Positions 10,684 through 19,300 of a stretch of 64,000 nucleotides of DNA are shown here, piece by piece; positions within the stretch are counted from its first letter, which is position 1, and each line of letters begins with the position of its first letter. Both the position numbers and the translations under genes were made by a program. Where the stretch lies: the NCBI GenBank assembly GCA_964620475.1, contig CAZUJN010000003.1:5647-69646 (forward strand), in the 5' to 3' direction. The notes below the pieces were generated by a model, which ran no database searches, was not told where the DNA came from, and saw nothing but the letters and a program-made list of their open reading frames with translations. This DNA is from an uncultured Candidatus Saccharibacteria bacterium (GTDB taxonomy: Bacteria > Patescibacteriota > Minisyncoccia > Phycocordibacterales > CAIZLB01).

Positions 10684-12462
10684 TTAAAACAACTTCTCCA
10701 CTTCACTCAAATCCTTCTCTATTTTCTTTAAACCTTTTAAGAAGAAATCTGGTTTCGTTGTGTCTATACCAATACTTTTAAATATATCTTCAGGTGACAT
10801 AGATCCGCCAGCACTTAAAAACTTTTTAATTTTCTCTACAAACTTTTTATCTTTTTTATATTCTTCATATAAAGCATTAGATATAAGTTGACCATAAGCA
10901 TATGTATATACATAGAAAAATACACGAAAATGAGATATATAAACATAGGCATATCCATCCAAGTTATTTACATCCACAGCATCACCAACATAAGAACGAC
11001 GACAGTCAGCAAACATCTCAGCTAATTCTTCATGTGATACATAACCTTTTTTATTTATTGCTTCATGTATTTTTTCTTCATATTTAAAATATGCTATTTG
11101 AGCAAATATTGAAAACACATTGTCTTGTATCTTTGTAATCATCAAATCTCTTTTTTCTTCAGGCTTAGCTATTTCTAATAGATTATCAAATAATACATTT
11201 TCAAAAAAAGTCGATGCCACTTCAGCTACTGATATAGGATATTCTTGATAAACAGGATCTTGTTTTTTTGATAAATCAGAATGTATAGCATGACCCATCT
11301 CATGAGCAAGTGTAGCCACATCGTTCAATTTATTTGTATGATTCAACATCACATATGTAGGCACACCTGTCATAGGTGAACAAAACGCACCACTACTCTT
11401 ACCCACCCTTGGATAAACATCTATTTGTCCATTTTCTAGATAGGAATCCAATATCTTGGCAAATTCAGGATCTATTTGATTAAATGAATTTCTAACCAGT
11501 TCAACAGCTTTATTAAAATCAATCTTGGTCTTAGCGCCTTTAGCTGTAGATAATCCTGTGGCTAATTCGGCTATAGTTATTTTCTTATCTTCACTTTTTT
11601 CTAAAGTATTTAATATTTTAGCTTTAAGTTTAAAAAATCTATGAGATATGTGATTGTTTTTAGTCACTACATTTACCAAGTTTTCTATAGATTTTTTATC
11701 ATTTCTAAAATCCATAATAGTGCCCTCATATGGCTTAGTAAAACCACGAAGATTATCATCTATCTTTTTATTTTGTATAACAGCATTTAACTCTGCTTCA
11801 GCCACAAAAGAGATTTCTTTATATTTTTCCATCACCAATTTATGTAACGCTCTTCTATCTTTTCGAGGAAGATCTGCTTTTATACCCATAGCCTCAGACA
11901 ATGATAAAGTCTTACCTTTGAATGCTACAGTTTGAGCGTTTCGATTCTTGTTAGCAAAATCTTCCCAAGAACTATGAGCCACCCTAGCTTTATCTGTTAA
12001 AATCTTTTCTTCATTCTCAGATAGCATGTGTTTACCTTGTTCAAAACGAGTTTTCAAAAGATAATGATACTTACTTAAAGTTTTATCCCTTAAATATTTA
12101 TCTTGTAAATTTTTATCCATCTTTGATAAAGCTAAGTCGAAGAACAAAACTTTTTTATAACTTTTCAAATATTGATCTGAAAATTTATTCATCTTAGCTT
12201 GAATATCATTGTTGGCTGTATTGATAGCCTGTTCAAGGTGTAAATACCATAGAGGTATGGTAGAACAACTCAAGGCTGTGTCATTATAATCATTTAAAGC
12301 CTTAAGTAATGTTTTTGAAGATTTGATAAATTTTTTATCTTGATATTTTTTGGCAAAATCAGAAAGTATTTTATCTATCTTTTTTATATCCCTTTCTATT
12401 TTAGGATCATTTATACCTTTATATATTTTTGAGAAGTCCCACTCTGTTTTGATATTTGTCAT
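10684..12462 (-). CDS. pepF: M3 family oligoendopeptidase F
   Basis: GKSSGAFC, TLAHEMGH, AEVASTFFE, FYVYTYAYG. Confidence 0.92.
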   Translation of the reverse strand: MTNIKTEWDFSKIYKGINDPKIERDIKKIDKILSDFAKKYQDKKFIKSSKTLLKALNDYNDTALSCSTIPLWYLHLEQAINTANNDIQAKMNKFSDQYLKSYKKVLFFDLALSKMDKNLQDKYLRDKTLSKYHYLLKTRFEQGKHMLSENEEKILTDKARVAHSSWEDFANKNRNAQTVAFKGKTLSLSEAMGIKADLPRKDRRALHKLVMEKYKEISFVAEAELNAVIQNKKIDDNLRGFTKPYEGTIMDFRNDKKSIENLVNVVTKNNHISHRFFKLKAKILNTLEKSEDKKITIAELATGLSTAKGAKTKIDFNKAVELVRNSFNQIDPEFAKILDSYLENGQIDVYPRVGKSSGAFCSPMTGVPTYVMLNHTNKLNDVATLAHEMGHAIHSDLSKKQDPVYQEYPISVAEVASTFFENVLFDNLLEIAKPEEKRDLMITKIQDNVFSIFAQIAYFKYEEKIHEAINKKGYVSHEELAEMFADCRRSYVGDAVDVNNLDGYAYVYISHFRVFFYVYTYAYGQLISNALYEEYKKDKKFVEKIKKFLSAGGSMSPEDIFKSIGIDTTKPDFFLKGLKKIEKDLSEVEKLF

Positions 12463-12576
12463 AAGGCTGATTTTAGCATGTTTTTAAGGGTTTTTTAAAC
12501 CACTTGCATGATTTAATATATGGTGGTATATTATTGAAGTCACTGTAGACAAACTGAACTTAACCCCAATTGCAAC

Positions 12577-12750
12577 ATGAACCAGAAATTCCGTATCCTC
12601 AATACCTCACCTTACCTCGCCGCCGGCACCGCCGCCTTGAACACCAAGAAATCATCGACCTCGTTCTGCGGCACCGGTACGGCCCCGTCCGAACACTCTG
12701 GCTGCTCCTGCGGCGGTTCCGGGTGCTCCCGGTGCCAATGCAACGGCTAA
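12577..12750 (+). CDS. Cys/Gly/Ser-rich 57-aa peptide (not in ORF track)
   Basis: MNQKFRILNTSPYLAAGTAALNTKKSSTSFCGTGTAPSEHSGCSCGGSGCSRCQCNG*; promoter TTGCAT(12504)-17-TATATT; terminator near 12817-12851. Confidence 0.65.
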   Translation: MNQKFRILNTSPYLAAGTAALNTKKSSTSFCGTGTAPSEHSGCSCGGSGCSRCQCNG

Positions 12751-12816
12751 CGGTCATCAAGGCCGACAAGCCGAAAGGCATTGGAGAAATCCACAACGAC
12801 CTCACGGTCAAACCCC

Positions 12817-12852
12817 ACGTGTGGGATCCTCGGATCCCCACGCTTTTTTTAT
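12817..12852 (+). terminator. Intrinsic terminator of the Cys-rich peptide unit
   Basis: gtgtgggatcc-tc-ggatccccacgc followed by T7. Confidence 0.75.
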
Positions 12853-12878
12853 TTCCTAAATATAGTAAACTTAAATCC

Positions 12879-13646
12879 ATGAAAATAATCACATGGAATG
12901 TTAATGGTCTACGTGCTGTATGGCGTAAAGGAGAATTTCAAAACCTTATCAAAAAACAAAAACCTGATATACTCGCCATACAAGAAACTAAATCTCACAT
13001 AGAACAACTTGAAGATGACACAAAAGATCATGCTGGATATTATTCATACTTTGAATCAGCAACTATGAGAAAAGGATATTCTGGTGTGGCTATATATTCC
13101 AAAGAACATGCCAAGAAAGTAACAGGCACATTGGGTGACAAAAATTTTATAGACGATGAAGGCAGAACAATTATAGCTGAATATGAAAAATTTTATTTAA
13201 TGAATTGTTATTGGCCAAATGGCGGAAAATCTCCTGAACACTTTCAATACAAACTTGATTATTATGATAAATTTTTAGCCTTGGCTAAAAAACTTGAAAA
13301 GAAAAAACCTGTAATATTTTTAGGTGATATAAATGCAACTGTTGCCGACATAGATCTAGCTCGTCCAAAAGAAAATAAAGGACAGCTTGGATGTACCGAC
13401 GATGAGAGAAATAGACTCGCAAAATATTGCAAAGATTTTATAGATGTATATAGAGATAAATATCCCGAAAAGCAGGAATACACTTGGTGGGATATGAAGA
13501 CTAGAAGTCGTGAGAAAAATGTAGGTTGGCGTATTGATTATATTTTCATAAGTAAAAGTTTAAAAAATAAAGTTAAAAGTATAAAAATACTTGGAGATAT
13601 GATGGGATCTGATCACTGTCCGGTGATGTTAGATATAGAGTTATAA
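12879..13646 (+). CDS. xth: Exodeoxyribonuclease III / AP endonuclease (true start MKIITWN)
   Basis: TWNVNGLRA, QETK, GYSGV, GDIN, GWRIDY, GSDHCP. Confidence 0.96.
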   Translation: MKIITWNVNGLRAVWRKGEFQNLIKKQKPDILAIQETKSHIEQLEDDTKDHAGYYSYFESATMRKGYSGVAIYSKEHAKKVTGTLGDKNFIDDEGRTIIAEYEKFYLMNCYWPNGGKSPEHFQYKLDYYDKFLALAKKLEKKKPVIFLGDINATVADIDLARPKENKGQLGCTDDERNRLAKYCKDFIDVYRDKYPEKQEYTWWDMKTRSREKNVGWRIDYIFISKSLKNKVKSIKILGDMMGSDHCPVMLDIEL

Positions 13647-13702
13647 TGTAAGGGTTTTTATATTACTTGACAATAGTATATATTATGTGCTATAATATAT
13701 AC

Positions 13703-13858
13703 ATGTTCAGAACCCTTACATTGATTGTGGTCTTAGCAGCAACTGCCCAGGCCATCGCCATCATCGGAGAGTCTAACCGCTCTCCACAAAACCAAACCGG
13801 GTCCGTGGACCCAATCAATGCCCACTTCAACATGGGCAAACTCTGGGACCAACAATAG
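13703..13858 (+). CDS. Small putative secreted peptide (51 aa), leaderless
   Basis: TTGACA(13667)-18-TATAAT with ATG 6 nt downstream; signal-like MFRTLTLIVVLAATAQA; terminator at about 13865-13902. Confidence 0.6.
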   Translation: MFRTLTLIVVLAATAQAIAIIGESNRSPQNQTGSVDPINAHFNMGKLWDQQ

Positions 13859-13904
13859 TCCCAAAAACCAACCTCGACACCCCCCGGTCGACGGTTTTTT
13901 TTAT

Positions 13905-14420
13905 TTATGCCTTCCTCGTATCATAAGCCCAGTGAAGTAATGCCTGCCTTTGTCTTCTTCTACAATTCACATCCCCTACTCTACAATTATGAACTATCTG
14001 TGCTAAATGCCTTCGCATCATTTTCCATCTTTTTATTTGTCTTTGATCTTCATCAGGAATTCTTCTACCCATATAATATCGACAATACCACTGAAACCAA
14101 CCTCGAGGATCTTCTTCATATATCCAACCTTTTTCTCTCCATACTTTTAAAGGTTGACTAGCATTAACTTTGAAATAATTAATATCTTTATCACGTTTAT
14201 TACTTTTATCATCAACAAACTTAGCCTTTTCAAACCAATCTTTAGGAAATTCTTTTTTACAATCACGCATATATATACCACCAAATACACCTAAACTTAA
14301 CATCTCTTTCGGCGTTAATTGGGGTCGAAAATCTTTATCAAAATTTTTACCAATTTCTTCTGTTAAAAAATATTGATAATTTTTCTGCATTTTATCATTT
14401 ACAATGACTTTCTTTTTCAT
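13905..14420 (-). CDS. Conserved-looking hypothetical protein
   Basis: LTPKEMLSLGVFGG, DPRGWFQWYCRYYMGRR and RQALLHWAYD aromatic/basic motifs; function unknown. Confidence 0.8.
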   Translation of the reverse strand: MKKKVIVNDKMQKNYQYFLTEEIGKNFDKDFRPQLTPKEMLSLGVFGGIYMRDCKKEFPKDWFEKAKFVDDKSNKRDKDINYFKVNASQPLKVWREKGWIYEEDPRGWFQWYCRYYMGRRIPDEDQRQIKRWKMMRRHLAQIVHNCRVGDVNCRRRQRQALLHWAYDTRKA

Positions 14421-14668
14421 ATATTTATATTAAATATTTTATCACGATTTGTTGATCCCGAAATTAATTCTATATTAGATTTTGATGTATTAAAATATTT
14501 AGCCAATGCTTTTATAACAGCCTCATTGGCTTTACCATCTTCTGGAACCTCTTTTATCCAAACTTTATATGTATCCATTTTATTTTCTAAAAAATCAAAT
14601 CCTTCTTGTGGGATTTTTTCAACTTTTTCTTCTTTTGAAAATGGTTTTGCTTTAACTAGGATTTTCAT
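14417..14668 (-). CDS. DUF167/UPF0235 (YggU-like) protein
   Basis: VPEDGKANEAVIKALAKYF and LISGSTNRDK. Confidence 0.85.
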   Translation of the reverse strand: MKILVKAKPFSKEEKVEKIPQEGFDFLENKMDTYKVWIKEVPEDGKANEAVIKALAKYFNTSKSNIELISGSTNRDKIFNINI

Positions 14669-15221
14669 GTTTCTGATGTATCTTACCCCACACTATTAGC
14701 GGAATAATTATTATCACAGTTGATAATAATATAAACGGCATATTAATAACCAACTCTCCAAAATAATAAATCATGAACCCTAATGGTGCAGTCACAATCA
14801 AAGTCGCGAAGAAATAAGTTGAGTATTTTATCTTAGTTAATCCCGCTACATAATTTATAATGTCAAAAAATGGACTCGAAACGAATCTCAAAGTAATCAA
14901 GCCGAGAAACTTTTCTTTCTCAGAAAGTTTATCTTCGAATGAGTGTATTTGTTGTATGGGTATAAACTTCTTTAGAAATGGCTCTCTAAATCTTCTACCA
15001 ATATAAAATGAAATCATCGAGGCTATCATAATAGCAATCTCAGCCAATATAAATCCATAAAACCAGCCAAATATAGCTATACCTATGGTATCAAGTAAAA
15101 GTCCTGGTATAGGCGGAATAATAACTGGTATAGTTCTAACTATAATAAATATAACTGGTGCAGCTATAGGATAATCTATTAATATTTGTTTAAAAAATTC
15201 AAGCATAATTTTATTTATCAA
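14652..15221 (-). CDS. DedA/TVP38/TMEM64 (VTT domain) membrane protein
   Basis: IPPIPG, FGWFYG, FYIGRRF, LRFVSSPFFDIINYVAGL. Confidence 0.85.
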   Translation of the reverse strand: MINKIMLEFFKQILIDYPIAAPVIFIIVRTIPVIIPPIPGLLLDTIGIAIFGWFYGFILAEIAIMIASMISFYIGRRFREPFLKKFIPIQQIHSFEDKLSEKEKFLGLITLRFVSSPFFDIINYVAGLTKIKYSTYFFATLIVTAPLGFMIYYFGELVINMPFILLSTVIIIIPLIVWGKIHQKHENPS

Positions 15222-16062
15222 ACATTGTTAATAAATATTGATCTATAAATTTTTGATCAAGATTATAAAAATATATTCCATCTTGATGAAGTTGTGTAGC
15301 TAAAGGTACACCAACGAAACGCCAATGCCACGGTTCATAAGCATAATAAGTATTGCCTTTTGGATATGACAATACAAATCCATATTTATATGCATTATTT
15401 TTCAACCATTCAAATTCTCTGGTTGTATCAAATTTATAATTAAGATTTGGCATAGATTTTGTAGCCAAATCAACAGTAGTACCAAGTTGATGCTCTGAAT
15501 AACCCTGCTCTGCTACAAAACGATTTGCAGTATTTGCTCCATAAGTCATCTTATTTTGAGTCTTAAGGGTTGCCTGTGTGCCAAAAGATCTATAAGCAGA
15601 AACAACAAGAGGTTCGACGCCTTCTTTTCTAGCATCATCTATCATTGAAGTTAAAAATGGTAATACATTTGTATGTAATTTATACTCAACATTTGTATTT
15701 AAAATATAATCGGAAGGTATTTTTTCGACACTAACAGGAGAATAATTTTCATTTAAAAAATAAACTTTGGAATATTTTTTTAGAAGTTGAGGATCTGATT
15801 TTGCAAGTTTGTCTAGATTTATAACTTTATCTTGTAAATCTTTATTCTTTTTACTTTCTTCAGCTATCACTCTTGATAATGTTGAATATAAATCATTAAA
15901 AGATTCTCTCGATGTGTTTGTTATATCATTTAATGATTTTATACTTTCCTCATATAAAGAAAGTTTTCTGGATAAAATTCCAGCACGATATTCATTAATG
16001 AAGATGTATGAGATAAGAAGCAACAAGATGATTATAGAAATAATTATTCTAGATTTTTTCAT
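15211..16062 (-). CDS. M15B D-alanyl-D-alanine carboxypeptidase (VanY/LdcB-like)
   Basis: SAYRS, GYSEHQLGTTVD and YEPWHWRFVG; N-terminal membrane anchor. Confidence 0.9.
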   Translation of the reverse strand: MKKSRIIISIIILLLLISYIFINEYRAGILSRKLSLYEESIKSLNDITNTSRESFNDLYSTLSRVIAEESKKNKDLQDKVINLDKLAKSDPQLLKKYSKVYFLNENYSPVSVEKIPSDYILNTNVEYKLHTNVLPFLTSMIDDARKEGVEPLVVSAYRSFGTQATLKTQNKMTYGANTANRFVAEQGYSEHQLGTTVDLATKSMPNLNYKFDTTREFEWLKNNAYKYGFVLSYPKGNTYYAYEPWHWRFVGVPLATQLHQDGIYFYNLDQKFIDQYLLTMFDK

Positions 16063-16090
16063 ATTATTTTATTATAGCAAATAGTGTAAT

Positions 16091-16131
16091 AAAAAAGCAC
16101 ATGAACCCTTGTGGGGTGCATGTGCGTTTGA
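16091..16131 (-). terminator. Terminator hairpin, copy 1 of a 41-nt direct repeat
   Basis: aaaaaagcacatgaacccttgtggggtgcatgtgcgtttga; 39/41 identical to 16989-17029. Confidence 0.75.
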
Positions 16132-16152
16132 CGGACCAACCGTCATGACGAT

Positions 16153-16893
16153 TCACATCTTGGCATCTTCAATGGCGAGGCCGATAACCTCGATGTATTT
16201 CTTGAGGAGGTCTTCTCCTCCTTCCTTTAGGCGCCGCCCAGCGAACTTGGCGACGTCTTTATCCGGAAAAGCTTCGAAGACCTTATCCTCAAGATCCCAT
16301 TGATTTGGGGTCTTGGTGAGTTCACCGGCGCGGATGCGCTTGGCAATCTCATCAGCGGGCAAGTTATTCTCAAGCCAAATCTCGGCGAGACTAAAGTCTG
16401 AAACGATATCTCCCTCAAGCCACTTCTTGTATTTCTCCTGATTCTCCTTCTGGAGCATCAACTGGAAAGACACATTAATAGTGGAGAGAGTTCGACGAAG
16501 GTTATGCTGTTGTTCTTCGGGAAGTTTTTTGAATTCTTCCTTGAAACGAGGCTGGATTGCGAGGTAGGTATCCTTCAACTTAGAACCGTCGAAGAAGTAA
16601 CCCTTGATACGAGCGACAACAATGGTTCGACCTTGGAGATAGGATTCCCAGCCGTCTTTGTCCGTGACCCCGAGATTCTCATATGTCACATCACGGGCCG
16701 AATAATAGAGACCGTGCCCAGTCTCCTTCATTCCATACTCCTTTGCAGACTTCCAGAGTTCGTCGAACACCCGTTCGACTAGCAACTCTTTGACCGAGAA
16801 GGCCAAGAGTTTGCTAATGAGACCTTCGGCGATTTGCGCGCCGGTGACGGTGAGAACAAGAGCGGCAGTGATAGCGACAATCAGTTTTTTCAT
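16153..16893 (-). CDS. Orphan secreted protein in a GC-richer single-gene unit
   Basis: Signal peptide MKKLIVAITAALVLTVTGAQIA; TTGACT-17-TATAAT promoter at about 16945-16973 (minus); own terminator. Confidence 0.75.
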   Translation of the reverse strand: MKKLIVAITAALVLTVTGAQIAEGLISKLLAFSVKELLVERVFDELWKSAKEYGMKETGHGLYYSARDVTYENLGVTDKDGWESYLQGRTIVVARIKGYFFDGSKLKDTYLAIQPRFKEEFKKLPEEQQHNLRRTLSTINVSFQLMLQKENQEKYKKWLEGDIVSDFSLAEIWLENNLPADEIAKRIRAGELTKTPNQWDLEDKVFEAFPDKDVAKFAGRRLKEGGEDLLKKYIEVIGLAIEDAKM

Positions 16894-16975
16894 GATAGTG
16901 GTTGGTTTTGGTTGTTGATGTTTCTGACTCTAATATTATACTATATTTAGAACCTAAAGTCAATAGTATAAACCC

Positions 16976-17200
16976 TTATAAAATAAAGAAAAAAGCACAT
17001 GAACCCTTATGGGGTGTATGTGCGTTTGAAGCGAGGACTGGCCATGAACACTTTGAGAAATGTTCCCAATCACTGTTATCTGTTCTGAGCTCCATTCTTT
17101 TGTTGACCTTGAAGAAGCGATAGCCTTGATACCAAATGACAGCGTGGGATTGCATGGTCGACGACAAAATCCAGATGAGGGCTAAGATGAGAGTTTTCAT
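16976..17200 (-). CDS. Small orphan protein with signal peptide, possibly truncated
   Basis: MKTLILALIWILSSTMQSHA...; the frame runs through the terminator repeat. Confidence 0.45.
   Translation of the reverse strand: MKTLILALIWILSSTMQSHAVIWYQGYRFFKVNKRMELRTDNSDWEHFSKCSWPVLASNAHTPHKGSCAFFFIL
16989..17029 (-). terminator. Terminator hairpin, copy 2 of the 41-nt direct repeat
   Basis: aaaaaagcacatgaacccttatggggtgtatgtgcgtttga. Confidence 0.7.
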
Positions 17201-17488
17201 ACCCTGTTTATATTGCATGAAAAGAGAAATAAAATCAATATTATAATAATATGACCAAATTTAGTAAATCCTTCTCGAGCACTTTCACCACCTCTCTCTA
17301 ATTGGTGAGCCTTCTCGTGATAGAACCAAGTGGTTCATTACCCAGTAAGGCTATTTTTAGTAATTTTTAGATATTGGATTGACCCTTCTCGGGAGGTATA
17401 AAAAGTGACAAAAGTGACACGGGATAGACTATAAAGTTACAGTTTGATGTCACAAAATAATAATTAAAAATATCTAATGTTTTAATTA

Positions 17489-18448
17489 TTACTGCATATT
17501 CTGAACACAGCTTATCATCCAACCACTATCATTTTTCCTTAAAGTTATCATCATTTTATCAGATACTTTTTCTTGATTTCCTAAAATCATTTGACCTGTA
17601 AGATGAACATAAGCCCAATCTTCATTTATACTTATATGTGTTATATTATTTTCTCCTTCAAATTTTATTTTATCAAAATTAATTCCAAACATCTCTTTGT
17701 CAAAATTATGATCTTCAGAATAGATATAATTTACAGTATCAGAACATACAGATTGTAATTTTTCAACATCTTTTTTGTTAAAAGCATCAAAATATAAATC
17801 AATGACCTTCTTAACTTGTTTTTTGTCATCAATATCTTTTTTGGACAAAATAATATATTCATATACATCAAGATTTGATATAGTGTCAATTTCTTTAACG
17901 TCTTCTTTATAATAAAGTTTTAATGTGTCTATATTAGATTTTGCCATATTAAAATATATACCTTTTTCACAGTGATTAAAAACTAAAAATTGAGTATCGT
18001 CGTTTAATTGTTCAATATATTGATGTATCAATACTACATTTACAGAACTATTTATAATTTTATTAAATATATCATCTTCATATTTCTGACAATCATCTAG
18101 TATCAGATATGTTTTTTCAGATAATTTGCCCGACTCTATCTTTGAAAGCATGAATTTATTTGCAAGTTTAATCGCCTCATCTTCACCTATTTTTCTTCTG
18201 TCAAAAACAATGTGCAGATTTTTATTTTCAATATAGGTATTTTTTATATCATCTTCGTTTTCTATATATACTTTTTCTAATAGATTTGAATCCACGACAA
18301 TGTCATCAAAAGCTGAAAGGTATATAACATTTTTATTATTTTTAATAATTTCTTCAATTTGATTTTTTACAAAATAAGTTTTACCGGTACCAGCCCTTCC
18401 CATTATGTGTGTAAGTTTACTATTTAATAGTGATTGATTTGTTTGCAT
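17489..18448 (-). CDS. P-loop ATPase (TraD/VirD4/HerA-like motifs) fused to a SnoaL/NTF2-like domain
   Basis: GRAGTGKT, YLILDDCQ, LIHQYIEQL; C-terminal YFDAFNKKDVEKLQSVCSD and LRKNDSGWMI. Confidence 0.6.
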   Translation of the reverse strand: MQTNQSLLNSKLTHIMGRAGTGKTYFVKNQIEEIIKNNKNVIYLSAFDDIVVDSNLLEKVYIENEDDIKNTYIENKNLHIVFDRRKIGEDEAIKLANKFMLSKIESGKLSEKTYLILDDCQKYEDDIFNKIINSSVNVVLIHQYIEQLNDDTQFLVFNHCEKGIYFNMAKSNIDTLKLYYKEDVKEIDTISNLDVYEYIILSKKDIDDKKQVKKVIDLYFDAFNKKDVEKLQSVCSDTVNYIYSEDHNFDKEMFGINFDKIKFEGENNITHISINEDWAYVHLTGQMILGNQEKVSDKMMITLRKNDSGWMISCVQNMQ

Positions 18449-18469
18449 GTGTTTATTATAACATTTTTA

Positions 18470-18479
18470 CCCCCCCCCC
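18470..18479 (-). promoter_or_regulatory. G10 homopolymer in the promoter spacer of the ATPase gene
   Basis: Minus strand cTTGT-G10-taaaaaTGt-TATAAT-aaacac-ATG. Confidence 0.5.
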
Positions 18480-18602
18480 ACAAGTAAAAATTATATATAA
18501 TCAAATTAACTATTAAAAAATACCTTTTTCAAAAATTCTGTAAACGCATTCATTTCTTCTTGAAACTTATGTAGTCTTTCAGCAAATCTTTAGGTAATAA
18601 AG

Positions 18603-19244
18603 CTAAACTTTAATTTCTTGTATCGGTCCATAGAAACATTCTTGTCTATTTGTATACACTGCCCACATTCTATCTCCATAACAATAATGCCACCATTCAC
18701 CTGGATACCATACAAAACCAGCTCTTTCCATAGCTTCTCTCAATATTTTTCTATTTTGTTTTTGATCTTCATTTATATCTTCAGAAAACATTTTTGCAAG
18801 TTTGTAATTAGAAGATAATTGAATAACTGTACCCATATCAACAAATTCACCAGAATCTTTATATATCAAAGTTAAATCTATCGCCCCACCGCAATTATGA
18901 TTAGCCAGAGGTGATGGTTTAGCAACCAATAAACCTGTTTGTTTTTCCCAATAATCAATATCGCTATCTGGAAATTCTTTTTTCATATTTTCATAGCACA
19001 TATCCCATTGTTGTTTTTGTTTTTCAAGAGGTCTAACACCTTCAACTATATATAAGCAAAATTCATCAGGAAGATTATTTGATGCTTTTTCTAACATTTC
19101 TATTAGAGCTTTACGTATTTTTATATCAGAATTTGCAAGACATACCTTTGAAGTAGGTATAATATTTACAATATATTCATTGTTTTCATTAATGATTATA
19201 TTTTGCCATTTTTCTTTTGAAAGTGTATTAGAAACTTGATACAT
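18603..19244 (-). CDS. M15D D-alanyl-D-alanine dipeptidase (VanX/DdpX-like)
   Basis: EGVRP, HNCGGAIDLTL, DMGT, NRKILREAMERAGF and EWWHY. Confidence 0.88.
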   Translation of the reverse strand: MYQVSNTLSKEKWQNIIINENNEYIVNIIPTSKVCLANSDIKIRKALIEMLEKASNNLPDEFCLYIVEGVRPLEKQKQQWDMCYENMKKEFPDSDIDYWEKQTGLLVAKPSPLANHNCGGAIDLTLIYKDSGEFVDMGTVIQLSSNYKLAKMFSEDINEDQKQNRKILREAMERAGFVWYPGEWWHYCYGDRMWAVYTNRQECFYGPIQEIKV

Positions 19245-19300
19245 AGTAAAATTATATCACAACCATTACTGACTATACTCAAAAAGTTACAGTGGTGTAA

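Noticed and set aside
12570-12878. 103-aa Arg-rich N-terminal extension of Xth in the ORF track
   Set aside because: It crosses a terminator and overlaps the Cys-rich peptide unit in another frame; Xth homology starts at MKIITWN (12879)
17300-17355. tRNA or tRNA 3' fragment on the minus strand (ggttctatc...ggctcacca)
   Set aside because: No D or anticodon arms and a poor T-stem; better explained as an imperfect palindrome
17401-17419. aaaagtgac tandem pair as replication iterons
   Set aside because: Only two copies and no rep gene nearby
15211-19244. VanY-like plus VanX-like genes as a vancomycin resistance cluster
   Set aside because: Not adjacent, and no vanA/vanH/vanRS; generic M15 peptidases explain them
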